Part shown: piece by piece, positions 34,401 to 45,000 of the stretch
How the letters are laid out: every line of letters begins with the position of its first letter
Position numbering within the stretch: position 1 is the stretch's first letter
Position numbers and translations under genes: made by a program
Source of the DNA: Candidatus Omnitrophota bacterium
GTDB lineage: Bacteria > Omnitrophota > Gorgyraeia > 1-14-0-20-64-10
Direction: 5' to 3'
DNA: 64,000 bases
Assembly (NCBI GenBank): GCA_023248155.1
Contig: JAHFFE010000001.1
Coordinates: forward strand, 314,603-378,602
Notes under the pieces: generated by a model
Told to the model about the DNA's origin: nothing
The model's database searches: none
Seen by the model: only the letters and a program-made list of their open reading frames with translations

Positions 34401-37225
34401 GCAGGGTAACAATTACTATTAGTGGAAGCGATGTTGTTCTCCGCAAAGCGCCTGAGGAGCCAGTAATTGTTGCTCCGGTTAAGACTGCTGTGAAACTTCC
34501 GTTGACGGCGCGGCTGGCCAATATGTTTGGCGTATTCCGTTTCTCGGTGGACGCCACGGACAACATCAGCAATGAATTTGTTGATTATGTCGGTTCTGTG
34601 GGTGGTGATAAAGGGACGCTGAACCCATCCTCTGTCGGGAAATCCGCGGAGACCGGGCAGATGAATTCGTTGGTTCGTGAATTTGTTTCTTCTACGGTAA
34701 GAGGCGCGAATCTGCTCTGGCAATTGGTCAAGCGGCATGTCAGCGCGGTTTTCCTTCCCCGCGTGGAGACCAGTGTTGAATTGGATCCAACCGTTCCCTC
34801 GGTTTACGCGTTGACATTGGATGGTAAAAATCCTGTGGTTGTCAAAAAGAGCGAGGAAATCGTTGTTGACGAGATCGCTGTTGTTGTTGACAAGATCGTT
34901 GTTAAGGAAGAGTTCCAGGCCATTGTCGGCAAGAAGACCTTGAAGCCGGGCGAAAAACTGACGCCCGCGCAGGCGCGTCAGGTCCATAGCTTAATGGTTC
35001 GGCAATGGGTGGCGCAGGCGCTCGAAATCCATCGGCTGGGTGACAAAGCGACGGTAAAAATCGGCCACACGAAGTCGTTGACGCCCATCATGGGCGATTG
35101 GGGCGTGCGCGTTGGGCTGGATGTGCTGCATATTTTGTCGGTGCTGGGCATTCACCGCAACTTCACGCTGGGTTTTACCGAAGAAGATGCCAATCTGGCA
35201 TTGCAGGCCGACCGCGTCGTGCAGGCGGAGCTGGACGCGGTGAAAACATTGGATCTTCAGACAGTTTCTGCGGACCAGGTCATTTCCGCGCTGGACGCGC
35301 TCTATACGCCGGAGATTCGAGGGGATTTCAAGAATGACCCTTTGCCGCTGGGTCTCTTAGACAAAACTTCTCCGGTCATTCTTCCGGGCCAGCGCGCGGC
35401 CAAGGGCTACCGTCCGGCCGGGCGTTCTTATTTCAGTTTGTTCGCAAGCCGGGTCGATGCCAAGGTGAACAGCGCTGAATGGAAGGGAGAGTTTACCGAC
35501 GATCAGCAGAAATATTTTGGCATCGTGAACTTGCTGTATGTCATGGTGACGCATTACAACGATCAGGTTCCCTGGAATAAAGCCCATGGTCAGGTCGTGA
35601 TTCCGGCCAGTTTGGAGCCGAAAGTGGCCGGTCAGCCGGGTGATTTCTACTTTACTCCGCTGGTGGGTTGGGGGTATCAGGTTGTGCCGACCGCCTCTAA
35701 AAAAGTGATCGACGCGTTTAATGCTCGGACAGTGACCGATGAAATTACCGGTCAAGAGCGAGAGCTCAGTGAGGCGGAGCTATATGAAATCGCAATGCGG
35801 ACCCAGAGAATGAAGCAGGACTACGCGGATAAATTGGCCGCGCAAGGGCCGTTGTCTCCGGTCATTGATCAGGCCGCGGCGATCGATGTAATTGCCAAGC
35901 GTTTCGTGCAGGAAGGGTTTTACGCTGATTTTGACACGGCCCGCGCTGTGGTTGAGAGCATCGTTACGTACAGGCAGAATAATCCGCAGGGCTACGACAA
36001 AATGATGAACCAGTTGTATCCCGAGGGGGATGATAAATTTACCGGCCCGCATCTGCTCGGTGTTCAGAGCGTGAACCAGAAAATTGAGGTGGTGGCTGCC
36101 AACCGGCAGAGCGCGCAATTGGTTGGTACGCTTCGGGAAATCAACTATGTTCCCACGAGAATCCTCAATGAAACAGGCAGCCAAACGGTGCTTGATAACT
36201 TAACGGATGTCGCTAATTTGTTGGAAAGCGACGATTCCGCTGTTGTAGCGTTGAGTCTGGCTGAAAATTTGTTGATTGTTCGTACCGGCAAAGTGGAAAG
36301 CATCGCTCTTGCGCAGGCCGATCTGTCGGCTTTGTTGTCTCTTGCGGGACCATTGGCTCCGCTGAAAGTTGCTGCACAACAAAGAGCGGAAGCAGAAGCC
36401 AAAACCGCTCTGCAGAACGCGTTTGGAACTTTACCGTTGGATACCGCCGGCACGCGTGTTTATTCCGGCCCGGCCGCTCTGCGCCAGTTGTCGGAACTGT
36501 TTTCCGGAGATGTGGCGGTGATTGGGGCCAGATACGAAGAAGGGAACCCGGCGTCGGTTATTACTACCCCGCGGAACACGGCCCGTCTTTCTGTGAGCGC
36601 TAATCCGAACAACTATCTGGTGATTCAAGCTCCTTCCGGCCAGTTAGCGCTTGTGCGCAAAGAGGAATTGGAATCCAAGGATAGGAGAGCTACAGCTGAG
36701 GCGGCTGCTAGAGCTAAAACCGCTGTTCCGGGTACCGGTGGCGAGGTTATCGCCCCGGTTGCGCCGACATTGCTGGAGCGGATCGTTGCCAAAGTGGGTG
36801 TTCCGATCACTGCAACGGTTGTCAAACTCGATGAAAAGCAACTGGATCTTCCGTCCAGGCTATGGCTGCACAATGGTTTGTTGCAGCCGAGCTTCATTGC
36901 TAGGGAACAGATTACCGATCTCCCGGCTGACAAAGCGGGTGTTGTGGCTGTCTGGTCTGGCAAGCAGGCCCAGATTCAATCCACCGACCTGGTTCTACTC
37001 AACGCCAACACGGTTCCTTCGGCGGAAGTAGATCAGTGGCTGGTAGGATTGCCCGCGGATCGCAAACCGGTTGTTTTACGGCTTTCAAACAATGACATTA
37101 ATATCGCCAGGAATCAGAATATTTTGGCTGCGTTAATCGAGATTGCCCGGCAACAGGGCGGGTATCTGGATGTCATCGGTATGACCTACGATCCGGCTAC
37201 GCAGGTGTTGTCGGTCCAGGCTTAA
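31454..37225 (+). CDS. GxEE-family modular exported protein 3 (7 motifs) with KDPG-aldolase and transaldolase modules
   Basis: SPAFA-LRAAGLEE. Eda motifs PEITFR, IIVSPG, LKFFP, PTGGI. Tal motifs VDA, TLNPS, SVELDP, TVKI, NFTLGF, SLFASRVD. RBS GGAGG. Confidence 0.9.
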   Translation: MRFDFLRSISVVVLSVFSLSSVSPAFALRAAGLEENAEKGTVTRRLLEGNRGNFSGGLQKNSTSGLEEIRILLVAVSDEALAKKMGEMAQAWRSELDVRIVHTADEAQVYLKAQQNPRPDAVIWELSTMGTETLIDPSQLSFNVPVALVGEGAMGVVGEWIALFNNRPVPAPFQETLQQKAKKDGFSRTARLLFGDDLVNRRPLRLLRGTENYELSAFTHNLDILNRDFRSRSAGLEEAWDRDTADSWTILSGTVSTQLIQQLLQQTPAPAITDLGNFYWTKGTLSQLTPGMVNNILNVAPSRHLLAISNGQVALIRQGELESADQDGAKDATNWYGKLATRAETVLTPQHLQSAGLEETPAQVIAKQKAMAVIAVPSVQVAAGIGAVVAYKGIIPEITFRGNEADVLQAINALFGLSSSKRMPVAAGSVLTADQVEKAVRAGAKIIVSPGLIDEVILKAQELGVLVIPGVASMSEAKTAVEVYGLSLLKFFPFSFVDQADFIKSIKAPLPPNLQAVVDAKVTWGDSGEVATFTKILEFVLSNPTASKQFQLPKKKGLEALHQLGVNPAVANAQFIPTGGITPEMIPQLIGKEKIVAVGLSIGGDNPAVLAKADAIAKAVAQIAGAEEGVVAVVASEDNFQAVAGYVRKYAIGQGRKAPQMVHQHFDDARQNASRGFVTAIVAIFPSADADQIAWIERTKELAPNVPIAVIYSGNGNEVRRVSTKALSSRELSQDAVGEMVFSLLPTAGAEESTVLLPTPQNSFPASRGAVSPDGDSLLALKETPEVRWATMVGRTEGFSSGRSSDGLVHAQGLVDRLEIKAGFTTGIENELNIVESYRAGQYTLAILGAPVATSARPIIQGFKYEVTGAPGVNRVLTLSVDQNAVSPKVINNLVAQNLPSGSPKPLTVVIEAAAGLEETVYTGIDQVVAAITQPEGEDSIRALVYSLPDGTEQRAVLAPGEWTPAQAVPGAFQAMELRPVSGRVTITISGSDVVLRKAPEEPVIVAPVKTAVKLPLTARLANMFGVFRFSVDATDNISNEFVDYVGSVGGDKGTLNPSSVGKSAETGQMNSLVREFVSSTVRGANLLWQLVKRHVSAVFLPRVETSVELDPTVPSVYALTLDGKNPVVVKKSEEIVVDEIAVVVDKIVVKEEFQAIVGKKTLKPGEKLTPAQARQVHSLMVRQWVAQALEIHRLGDKATVKIGHTKSLTPIMGDWGVRVGLDVLHILSVLGIHRNFTLGFTEEDANLALQADRVVQAELDAVKTLDLQTVSADQVISALDALYTPEIRGDFKNDPLPLGLLDKTSPVILPGQRAAKGYRPAGRSYFSLFASRVDAKVNSAEWKGEFTDDQQKYFGIVNLLYVMVTHYNDQVPWNKAHGQVVIPASLEPKVAGQPGDFYFTPLVGWGYQVVPTASKKVIDAFNARTVTDEITGQERELSEAELYEIAMRTQRMKQDYADKLAAQGPLSPVIDQAAAIDVIAKRFVQEGFYADFDTARAVVESIVTYRQNNPQGYDKMMNQLYPEGDDKFTGPHLLGVQSVNQKIEVVAANRQSAQLVGTLREINYVPTRILNETGSQTVLDNLTDVANLLESDDSAVVALSLAENLLIVRTGKVESIALAQADLSALLSLAGPLAPLKVAAQQRAEAEAKTALQNAFGTLPLDTAGTRVYSGPAALRQLSELFSGDVAVIGARYEEGNPASVITTPRNTARLSVSANPNNYLVIQAPSGQLALVRKEELESKDRRATAEAAARAKTAVPGTGGEVIAPVAPTLLERIVAKVGVPITATVVKLDEKQLDLPSRLWLHNGLLQPSFIAREQITDLPADKAGVVAVWSGKQAQIQSTDLVLLNANTVPSAEVDQWLVGLPADRKPVVLRLSNNDINIARNQNILAALIEIARQQGGYLDVIGMTYDPATQVLSVQA

Positions 37226-37241
37226 CAGAACGGAGAGAAAA

Positions 37242-40200
37242 ATGCGGTTTAATTATCTGCGAACAATTTCGGCAATCGTTCTGACTGCTTTTTCTCTGTC
37301 AGCGGCTACGCCTATGCCTGCGTGGGCTTTGCGCGCCACTGGCGCCGAGGAAAGCGCCACCCAGCCTATTTTGGCTCGCGCGCTTCAATCCGGCAATAAA
37401 GGTAATTTTGTCCGCGGAGTTGATTCCCGCTTAGTTGCCGCTGGTCAGGAAGAGAATGTTCATGTGCTGGGTATTGAGGGCAAGCCGACCAATTCCCGCG
37501 AGGGTCTGACCGCTTATGACAACCAGCCCGATTTGCAAACGGCGGTCCGTGCTTACGTGCAGGCCTCGTCCGTTCTGGTGACGATTACGTCCATTCAGCA
37601 GAGAGATGGAACAACGGATGAGTTTCTTGGAAAACCGTTTGTTTTTGAAACCTATCGTTTTGCGCCAGGAAAAGATCCTCTCGACCCTAAAGATGGCAAT
37701 TGGGGCGGCATGACCTGGCAACTGCGCCGTTTTTCTATTCGATTAAACGGACTTAGTCGGGTGGGCAGCCCTCTTCCGAATATGTCACACACGCTGAATC
37801 GGTTTCGCTTAATTGAAACATCGCCGGGACAACTTGTCATCGAACCAGTTTTTGACGCGGCGCTTGCGCCGCGATTGAAGACCCTTTTGCCCGATGTGGC
37901 TTTAGAGACGATTCAGGGTTGGTTATCAAAGGGCCAATACGCGCAGATCCTTTCTTTAGCTGAGAGTGGTGCTAACGAGAGAACAGATACTCGGAATCTG
38001 ACGCAAATCCGGAATATGCTCAATGCCATGCTGGATGTTTCTTCCGCCGCTGGGGCCGAAGAGAGATTTGAGGTTTCTGTCCGCAGTACGAGTGATGGCA
38101 CTGAAAACTTCGATCGAATCGAGCTTATGTCCAGGAGCGAAGAAACAGATCGGTTAGCGAATGCACTGGGCTTGATTAAAGGGCGTTCCTTGCTTTTGAT
38201 ACGCCAAAAGGCGCCGACTACCGCCACGGAGGCATTTCCCTTTTTTGCCGTGTCCGATGGGGCAAAGGTGATTCTTTTGTCCGGGGCTGGATCCGATGGC
38301 GCGCAGCTTTGGCGTTCCTATGCGGAAGAAAAAATAAAACGAAGCATAGTTTTTTCATCTATGCGGTCATTTCGTACTTTAGAAAGCCCCGTTAATGTTC
38401 AAATTAGTTCTCCCCTGAGTATTCCTCAATATGATCTATTGCAGGTAACGATCTCTGCTGGGCAGGAAGAAAAGTGGTCGAATCCGTTTATGGGTCCAAA
38501 CCGCGTCAATTTAATGTCTGGCGATTACGCGGCAAAATGGATTTCGCAAGGCGTCTTGGCTGCGAAAATTGCTTCTGTCGCGGTTCATCCGAAAGAGGGT
38601 TCTCCCGTTACGCTTTCGCTGAATCAAGTCAACACAGCTCGAAAATTGCTTCGCCAATTTAAACGCGACGATTGGGTTAATGTGTCCTGGGCAGAAAACG
38701 GTTCCGCTCGGGGAGAAATTCGTGTTGATGTCCGGCCCGTTGATGTTTTGTCCGATGGGATGCCTGTTCCGCCCGTTGGCGAATTTACCAGCGTAATCGG
38801 TTATCTGACCATTACGACGACCCCTTACACCGCGGCCAGGGCCATAGCAGCATCCGCGGCAGAGATTGCTTCCGTTGAAACTCTAATTTCTTTTACGAGT
38901 GACCCCGGCTATTGGAGCGGTTATGGCCACGCAAGCACCGATTGGAACGCCGTGGCTGAACAGCATGCCAAGGTCTATGTGGCTGCCGGCCTGGCTTCAA
39001 TAAATCCGGCTATTTTATCGGCCAAAGTTCAGTTTCTGGCGAATCTCGAACCGCTATTTCTCGCTGGGCAGGAGGAAACTTATTTCTATTCTCCTGCTGG
39101 GGCTACGCTCAAGTCCAACGATCAGACGCAGCCCGATCTTCCTATCGCTGTTGGGGATGTCTTCCGAATTTATCTGGCTCAGAAGCGAGTCAAACCCGAT
39201 GATCGCAGCGACGAGACTTATCTGCTTCGGCTCATGGAGAACGGGCAGCTTGCTCTAATGGAACGGCCGCCAGCCGGCAGAACATTCAGTGAAATGACCG
39301 AAAACGAAGACCAATTTGTTCAGTTGGCCATCGGCTGGGATCAGGCACATCAGCGGGGTGAGCGGGTGACCATAAATACCCTGTATGGACCCGTGAGCAT
39401 TTCACTGAACGCGGGAAAAACCCAACTTGCCTTCGAGCATGCTTTCCGAGAGGAAAATATAGAGGAACGCATTGGCTCTAAAGTAAATATTTATCCTAGC
39501 TCTCTCTACGACCTCGGCTTCAATCGCCTTATTCCAGCTGTTGGGTTGCCCGCCGTCAGGGATTTTAAAGCCGCTTATCGCCGTTTCTATAAGAATCAGC
39601 AAAACGGAGACGCCGCCGCGCGGTTAGAAGCGGCCCGCGTAGCTTTAGTGGTGCTGGCCAATACGGAAGATCAGACACGGTTTCGTGCGGCCTATGCCTC
39701 TTTTGAAAAGGCTCTTTTGAATGAGCTGCAAACGGCTCCTTACACTCTTGTCAAGGGCGTTCCGGGTTTCGATAAACCGATTTTTGCAATAGATTATGTG
39801 AGTCACACCCAGCGTCAGCTCGTCGATGAACTCACCGCGATTCGATCCCTTTCAAATGCCGCCGGGGCGGAGGAAACTTACCGCAACTACGATTCCAGCG
39901 GTTGGCATGTCACATTACCCGCAGGGCAAGCCGTCGCGCAGCCGGTTACGGTGGCTACTAATCCGGGAGATATTCTGCTTCTGCAGTGGGCGCCCCAAAT
40001 TCCGAATCAGGAAAATAGGCTGTTCGCGCTGGTTCGGGTTTCTGATGATGGAAAAGAAATTTCCGTCTTGGATCAGCTCGATTCGCAATTCAGATTGAGT
40101 AGTTTTTATCGGGCGGGTGTTCAGGGTATGACTGGAGCAGAAGTGCCTGGCGATGTTATCCGGAGCGTGGAGTGGGGACCGGCCGCTTCGGAGGCGAGAA

Positions 40201-42056
40201 TTTCTGAGGCTGGAATTTCTTTTCAGAGCAATCCCAATAATTCGTTGAGTGTTACCCTGTCGTCGAATAATTATTTAGTTGTTTCCCGTCTCCAGCCGGC
40301 CGCCGGCGCTGAGGAGAAACTGATACTTTCCCGTTCCGAACTGCTGGATCGTGTGGAGGCTTTAGCTCAGATACAACATACGGGAGGCGGGTATGCCATC
40401 GGCCGGGTGGGGTATCTTCGTGCTGGAGAGGTAGTGCCGATCGAGGTATCCCGGGCAGGCATAGACCAAGGGGAAATTCCGGGAATTATTCCTGCAATGA
40501 CGAATCGATTAATTGCTCGGATCGAATCGCTGCGAGATGGCCGACACGCTTTGCAAATTCAGAGTTCATCAAATGGCGGCCAATTTGCAGTAACTCCGCA
40601 CGGGCTTCAGGTTCAGAAATTTTGGGAGTTACAGCAGATTCACGCCGGATACCCGTTGGAATATTTATCAGATCCTTCCATATTACAGGGTAACAACAAG
40701 GTTGCCGTCACGCGCAATGGCCGCCCGGTTAATTTTGCCGATTATGAGCGGCTTCAGGATCAATTGGTGGGGGCGCCGGGACAAGCATTGCCAATGACCC
40801 TGCTGATCACCGCCCAAGGGGTTGAATTGGTTCCCGCTTATCTTGTTTCGAGTGGCCAGCCGGCAAAGGTTCAAGGTCTTTTTGAACTTGAGGTGGCCCC
40901 GGAATTTACAGCGCCTCCTTCAGGACAATTTCCCCTTATTAATGAAACCGTTTTTGTAGAGCGTTTAGCAGAGGTTCCGAATAATCCTTTTGATTTGGCG
41001 CTTGGGTTCGCTCCGGAAGCCCCCGTTCGTTTATTCCGCCTGCTGGATTCGCCGTTCTCTGTGGCAACGGATGGCAATCGTGTTGTTTATTTCTCCCCGG
41101 ATGCCGAGCCATTGGCGAGGGCCGTGGCGAAGGCGGGAAATATCTCGACAGTTCTCTCCGCGTCGAAAGATCTTAAATTGCGAATCAGAATTGAAACGCC
41201 TGATCAAACCCAATCGGGTGATAAGTTACTGGTATCGGTTCAAGAAGCTCGTGCCGGTGCGGAGGAAAACTGGAATAATCTGGCGCCGAATGAAAAACAT
41301 CCGGTTTTTGTCGGCCAGGCCGTGCAATGGATTTCCGCGGCGGGTGAGTCAGGGAAAGTGGCCGGCATCCGCGTGGGCAATGACCCAAGCCAGGAAGCCG
41401 TTCTGTTGGCGAATCAATTTTCTAACCCGATTGCGCTGGAGCGTCAGTTTAATTCGGTCGCGATGCAGGGGAGCGTTGGCTTGTTGTGGCGCCCTGCGGC
41501 GGGAACCGCTGTCGGCTCTGGAATGATCGCGCTGGAAATTTCTTCTCCGGAAGCCGGCGCCGAGGAAGGCGTCACGCGCCTTTCTGCGGAGGAATTGGTT
41601 GGCCGGGCAATGCTTTCGGATGAAGAGGGTGTCGTCCAGTTCTCTTCCGGAGACTTGGTTATTCCGATCAGCACTAATTTGCCGACTACCGGAACGCTGT
41701 ATCATCAGCCGGGGCTGGCACTGCCGAATATCGACGGATTGAATCAGGTTGTTATTGCCGGCAGCGCGGTCGATGTTCAGAAAATCTGGGATCAAACGCC
41801 TCCGATACCGGGTGATTTGGTCATGCTCAACAACGATACCGTTGGCGACGGGTACAAAGACTTTCTGCCGACTGTGTTGGTAGAGGGCGCTCTCTTTTTG
41901 CGTGTTAGTGCCGCAGCGTCGGCCAAGCTGACACCGGAACTGCTGGCCGGTATCCTTGCGGTTTCTCAGCAGCTAGTAGGGCAGGTACTGTTGATTAATG
42001 ATCTGGAATATGTCACCGTAGAAAATCAGACCTACGCGGTTCTGCGCTCGGCCTAA
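37242..42056 (+). CDS. GxEE-family modular exported protein 4 (9 motifs, modules unassigned)
   Basis: PAWA-LRATGAEE. Motifs near 37341, 37443, 38052, 38460, 39066, 39864, 40305, 41256, 41556. Ends TYAVLRSA. Confidence 0.88.
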   Translation: MRFNYLRTISAIVLTAFSLSAATPMPAWALRATGAEESATQPILARALQSGNKGNFVRGVDSRLVAAGQEENVHVLGIEGKPTNSREGLTAYDNQPDLQTAVRAYVQASSVLVTITSIQQRDGTTDEFLGKPFVFETYRFAPGKDPLDPKDGNWGGMTWQLRRFSIRLNGLSRVGSPLPNMSHTLNRFRLIETSPGQLVIEPVFDAALAPRLKTLLPDVALETIQGWLSKGQYAQILSLAESGANERTDTRNLTQIRNMLNAMLDVSSAAGAEERFEVSVRSTSDGTENFDRIELMSRSEETDRLANALGLIKGRSLLLIRQKAPTTATEAFPFFAVSDGAKVILLSGAGSDGAQLWRSYAEEKIKRSIVFSSMRSFRTLESPVNVQISSPLSIPQYDLLQVTISAGQEEKWSNPFMGPNRVNLMSGDYAAKWISQGVLAAKIASVAVHPKEGSPVTLSLNQVNTARKLLRQFKRDDWVNVSWAENGSARGEIRVDVRPVDVLSDGMPVPPVGEFTSVIGYLTITTTPYTAARAIAASAAEIASVETLISFTSDPGYWSGYGHASTDWNAVAEQHAKVYVAAGLASINPAILSAKVQFLANLEPLFLAGQEETYFYSPAGATLKSNDQTQPDLPIAVGDVFRIYLAQKRVKPDDRSDETYLLRLMENGQLALMERPPAGRTFSEMTENEDQFVQLAIGWDQAHQRGERVTINTLYGPVSISLNAGKTQLAFEHAFREENIEERIGSKVNIYPSSLYDLGFNRLIPAVGLPAVRDFKAAYRRFYKNQQNGDAAARLEAARVALVVLANTEDQTRFRAAYASFEKALLNELQTAPYTLVKGVPGFDKPIFAIDYVSHTQRQLVDELTAIRSLSNAAGAEETYRNYDSSGWHVTLPAGQAVAQPVTVATNPGDILLLQWAPQIPNQENRLFALVRVSDDGKEISVLDQLDSQFRLSSFYRAGVQGMTGAEVPGDVIRSVEWGPAASEARISEAGISFQSNPNNSLSVTLSSNNYLVVSRLQPAAGAEEKLILSRSELLDRVEALAQIQHTGGGYAIGRVGYLRAGEVVPIEVSRAGIDQGEIPGIIPAMTNRLIARIESLRDGRHALQIQSSSNGGQFAVTPHGLQVQKFWELQQIHAGYPLEYLSDPSILQGNNKVAVTRNGRPVNFADYERLQDQLVGAPGQALPMTLLITAQGVELVPAYLVSSGQPAKVQGLFELEVAPEFTAPPSGQFPLINETVFVERLAEVPNNPFDLALGFAPEAPVRLFRLLDSPFSVATDGNRVVYFSPDAEPLARAVAKAGNISTVLSASKDLKLRIRIETPDQTQSGDKLLVSVQEARAGAEENWNNLAPNEKHPVFVGQAVQWISAAGESGKVAGIRVGNDPSQEAVLLANQFSNPIALERQFNSVAMQGSVGLLWRPAAGTAVGSGMIALEISSPEAGAEEGVTRLSAEELVGRAMLSDEEGVVQFSSGDLVIPISTNLPTTGTLYHQPGLALPNIDGLNQVVIAGSAVDVQKIWDQTPPIPGDLVMLNNDTVGDGYKDFLPTVLVEGALFLRVSAAASAKLTPELLAGILAVSQQLVGQVLLINDLEYVTVENQTYAVLRSA

Positions 42057-42060
42057 AACT

Positions 42061-45000
42061 ATGAAAAAAACAGACTGGTTTAAAATAAGCGGTTTTCTGG
42101 GGCTGGCGCTGCTGCTGGCTGTTCCCGCGCCCGTATACGCTCTGCGCGGGGCGGGTGCCGAAGAAAGCTTGGAAAAAACGGATTTAACGCGGGCACTCTC
42201 CCGAGCGGGCAACCGCGGTTACTTGAAGCGTGCCGCCGGATTGGAGGAAACACCCTGGACAATCATCGGCCGGGGAGAGGGCACGCCGGTGGCGATGGCG
42301 CTGGATGATTCCGGTGACGCGCTGGTTCTGTCCCGGATCGCGGCCGGCGAACTGCGGCTTCAAAGAATAAGCCCGGCTGGAAAAGCAGAACCCATAACGC
42401 CGGTTCCGTCTTTGGCGGTTCCAATGCCGCCGGGTTCCGGCGGAGATCCGGCCAATCCGTCCGCTGCTTCTGTTTTCGCCATTCTTCCGTTCCGCGATCA
42501 GGTTCTTGTTACCGATGGCGGCCAGCAATTTTATCCGATAGAGATTTCATCCTTAGGGCAAACGGTTCCCGACCTCCAATCGGCGGCTAAGCCGGTTCCG
42601 CTGGCTAACGTAAGCCGGATCGATCAAATGATTGTCCGGCCTTCCGACGGAATGCTGATTATCGTGGATAAGCAGGGAGACGATGCCGCTTCAAAATCCA
42701 ATTCCATTGTTCGGTTATTTGATGTAAAGCAAATGCCGCCTGTTGTTAGAGAAGCCGTTGGGGTGGGAGAACCCGTCGTGACTGCACCGGCAGTAGCCAG
42801 AAACCGTCTTTACCTGGCCCAATCATTCCCGTTGAGCCCCGCTGCGGCAGTGCCGGCGGGTACCGGGACGCAGACTCAGCGAGAAATTCGCATCCGCGGG
42901 TTTAACATCTCTAACGGCGGGGATGGGAGCGTCGAAACGCTGAGAATTCAGGGACCCAAAACCTTCGTTCGGTCGGATGTGGCCGGTTTGGCGGCTGGCT
43001 TAGTGGATGGAAAACCATTTTTGTTTTCGCTGGAGAGCCGCCAACGCAAGGGTCCAGGAGTTGAAGCCGCCCAGCCGCTTCGTCTGGCGGTTTATTCTCT
43101 CGAGAATCAGGCGCAGGTTGGTTTCTTTGATCTGCCGGCCAATGTTCGGCAGATTACTTACGATTCAAAGAACAGCCAGGTACTGTTGGCCGCGGGCGGC
43201 GCGCCCGAATCCAATTCTTATCAAATCACCGCGGCGCCCGTCGCACAACTCATCCCGGCCGTTCAGCAACGGCCTGTTTCTGGATCTGGTTTAGAGGAAG
43301 CCCCTCAGCCTCCACCCGCCCAGCGCACGCAAGGGATTCATTCTCGGCTTGCCCGGATCTTCATCGAAGGAGTGCTTGCCCGTTATACGCCTTCAGGCAA
43401 TGAGAATTCTGATTTCACCGTCAAATATTTCGGAGAAACAGAAGATGAATCCTTGCTGTTTAATCCGGAGCTTTTCCTTGGGGTTGTAAGAAAATCCCAG
43501 GTTTCGCACCATGTTTGGGTCAATGTAAATCCAGCCACAAAAATCATCGAGGTTCATCCCGTTCAAATCCGCGAAGAATTGAAAAAACCGGTGATTCTTC
43601 TGGATTCTCAAAATACAGTGAACTTTATTCTCAACGCGGCTCTTCCAGAGCCGGTTCTTGGGGTCGCCTATCGGGAAGCAGGGCATCTTCAGGTTTTATC
43701 GGGGGCCTTGTTGGGCAACGCGAGTTTGCTCCCCCGGATTCTTCAGATGGTTAACATCAGTCAAACTATTCTCTTTTTGAAGGAACCCTTTGAAATTCCT
43801 GCGAATTCAGACGCAGAACAGTCTGCCCAAAAAGGATTCTTGCTGCGGCTGGCTTATGTGCCATCTCAAAGGTCTTTGCGTGCGGTCGCGTGGAGAACCA
43901 TTGATCAGTTTGTGCAGGAGTTTTCCGGTTTTGCAAAGGCAGGCCAGGCATCGGTTCTTTATTATCATACGCCTGCCGGGGTTTATCTTCTGGAAGGACC
44001 GGAGAATCTGCAGAATGCCGACTTTCTTCGTGCCGCGGCCGAACAGGTGGCCAGCGGTTCCTACGTGCTTGCCTCAAAGGAGGGCGCTGACGGAAAAGAA
44101 TTTCATTTGTACGCGCCTGAGTTTGCAGGTTTGGAGGAAACGGCCGTAGCAGAAAACGCATTGCCCTCAATATCCAGCCGTCCGGTTATTTCCTCGCCAT
44201 CCGGATTCTCGACGACAGTAGCTGGGCCTGTTTTTCCCGCTTATTCGGCGGTGATCTCCGCGGCAGGCAATGGTCCTTCCGCGTCAGCGAATTCCGTTTC
44301 TTCTTTGGCGGTTTCCGTGAGCAGTCCTCTGAATGCTCCGGCGGTTATTGAGCCGGTTACCGGCGAGCGGGCACCGGAACCGGTGGTTTTCTCGACGGTG
44401 GAAGAGGTGATTGCTTATTTGAACGCTTTGCCGGATGATCAGCCGGTTATTGTGGGCGGTGTCGAGATTCCTTCGCTAAGAGACACTCTTTTTCCGGTGA
44501 AATTAGACGAACTGGCCCGCAACAATCCGGGCCAGAATTTCTTAATCCGGCCCGCCGGCCCCGGCGCCGTTTTGCGCGTTGACCTGCAGGCGCCGGTCCG
44601 CACGCTCAGCGCGACGGAATTGTTTGGTGATACTACCGCAGTTTCGGTCCGATTTGACCTGGCCGAAGCTTCCGATGCCATGATTGCCGCGCAAATCGCC
44701 CAGGCCAATAAGCTGGGCCAGCCGGTACAGATTTCCCGTTCCGGCGAGTTTGCGGCTGTCTTTGAAAAAACTCCAACACTTTCGCCATCGGTCCTTTACA
44801 TACAAGATGATTTGGATCTGCCGCAAGATATGTCGGAATCCGATGGAACGGTTGATGTTCGCCGGATTCCGGCCGATCCCGAGCTGGCCCAGGAATTCTG
44901 GGAGCTGCAGCAGACCCTCTTACCCGGCTCCGTCGTGATTTTAAACAGCAACCTGCTGGCCAATCAGCGGCTCGATCCGCGCCAGTGGCTGCCCGCGAAT

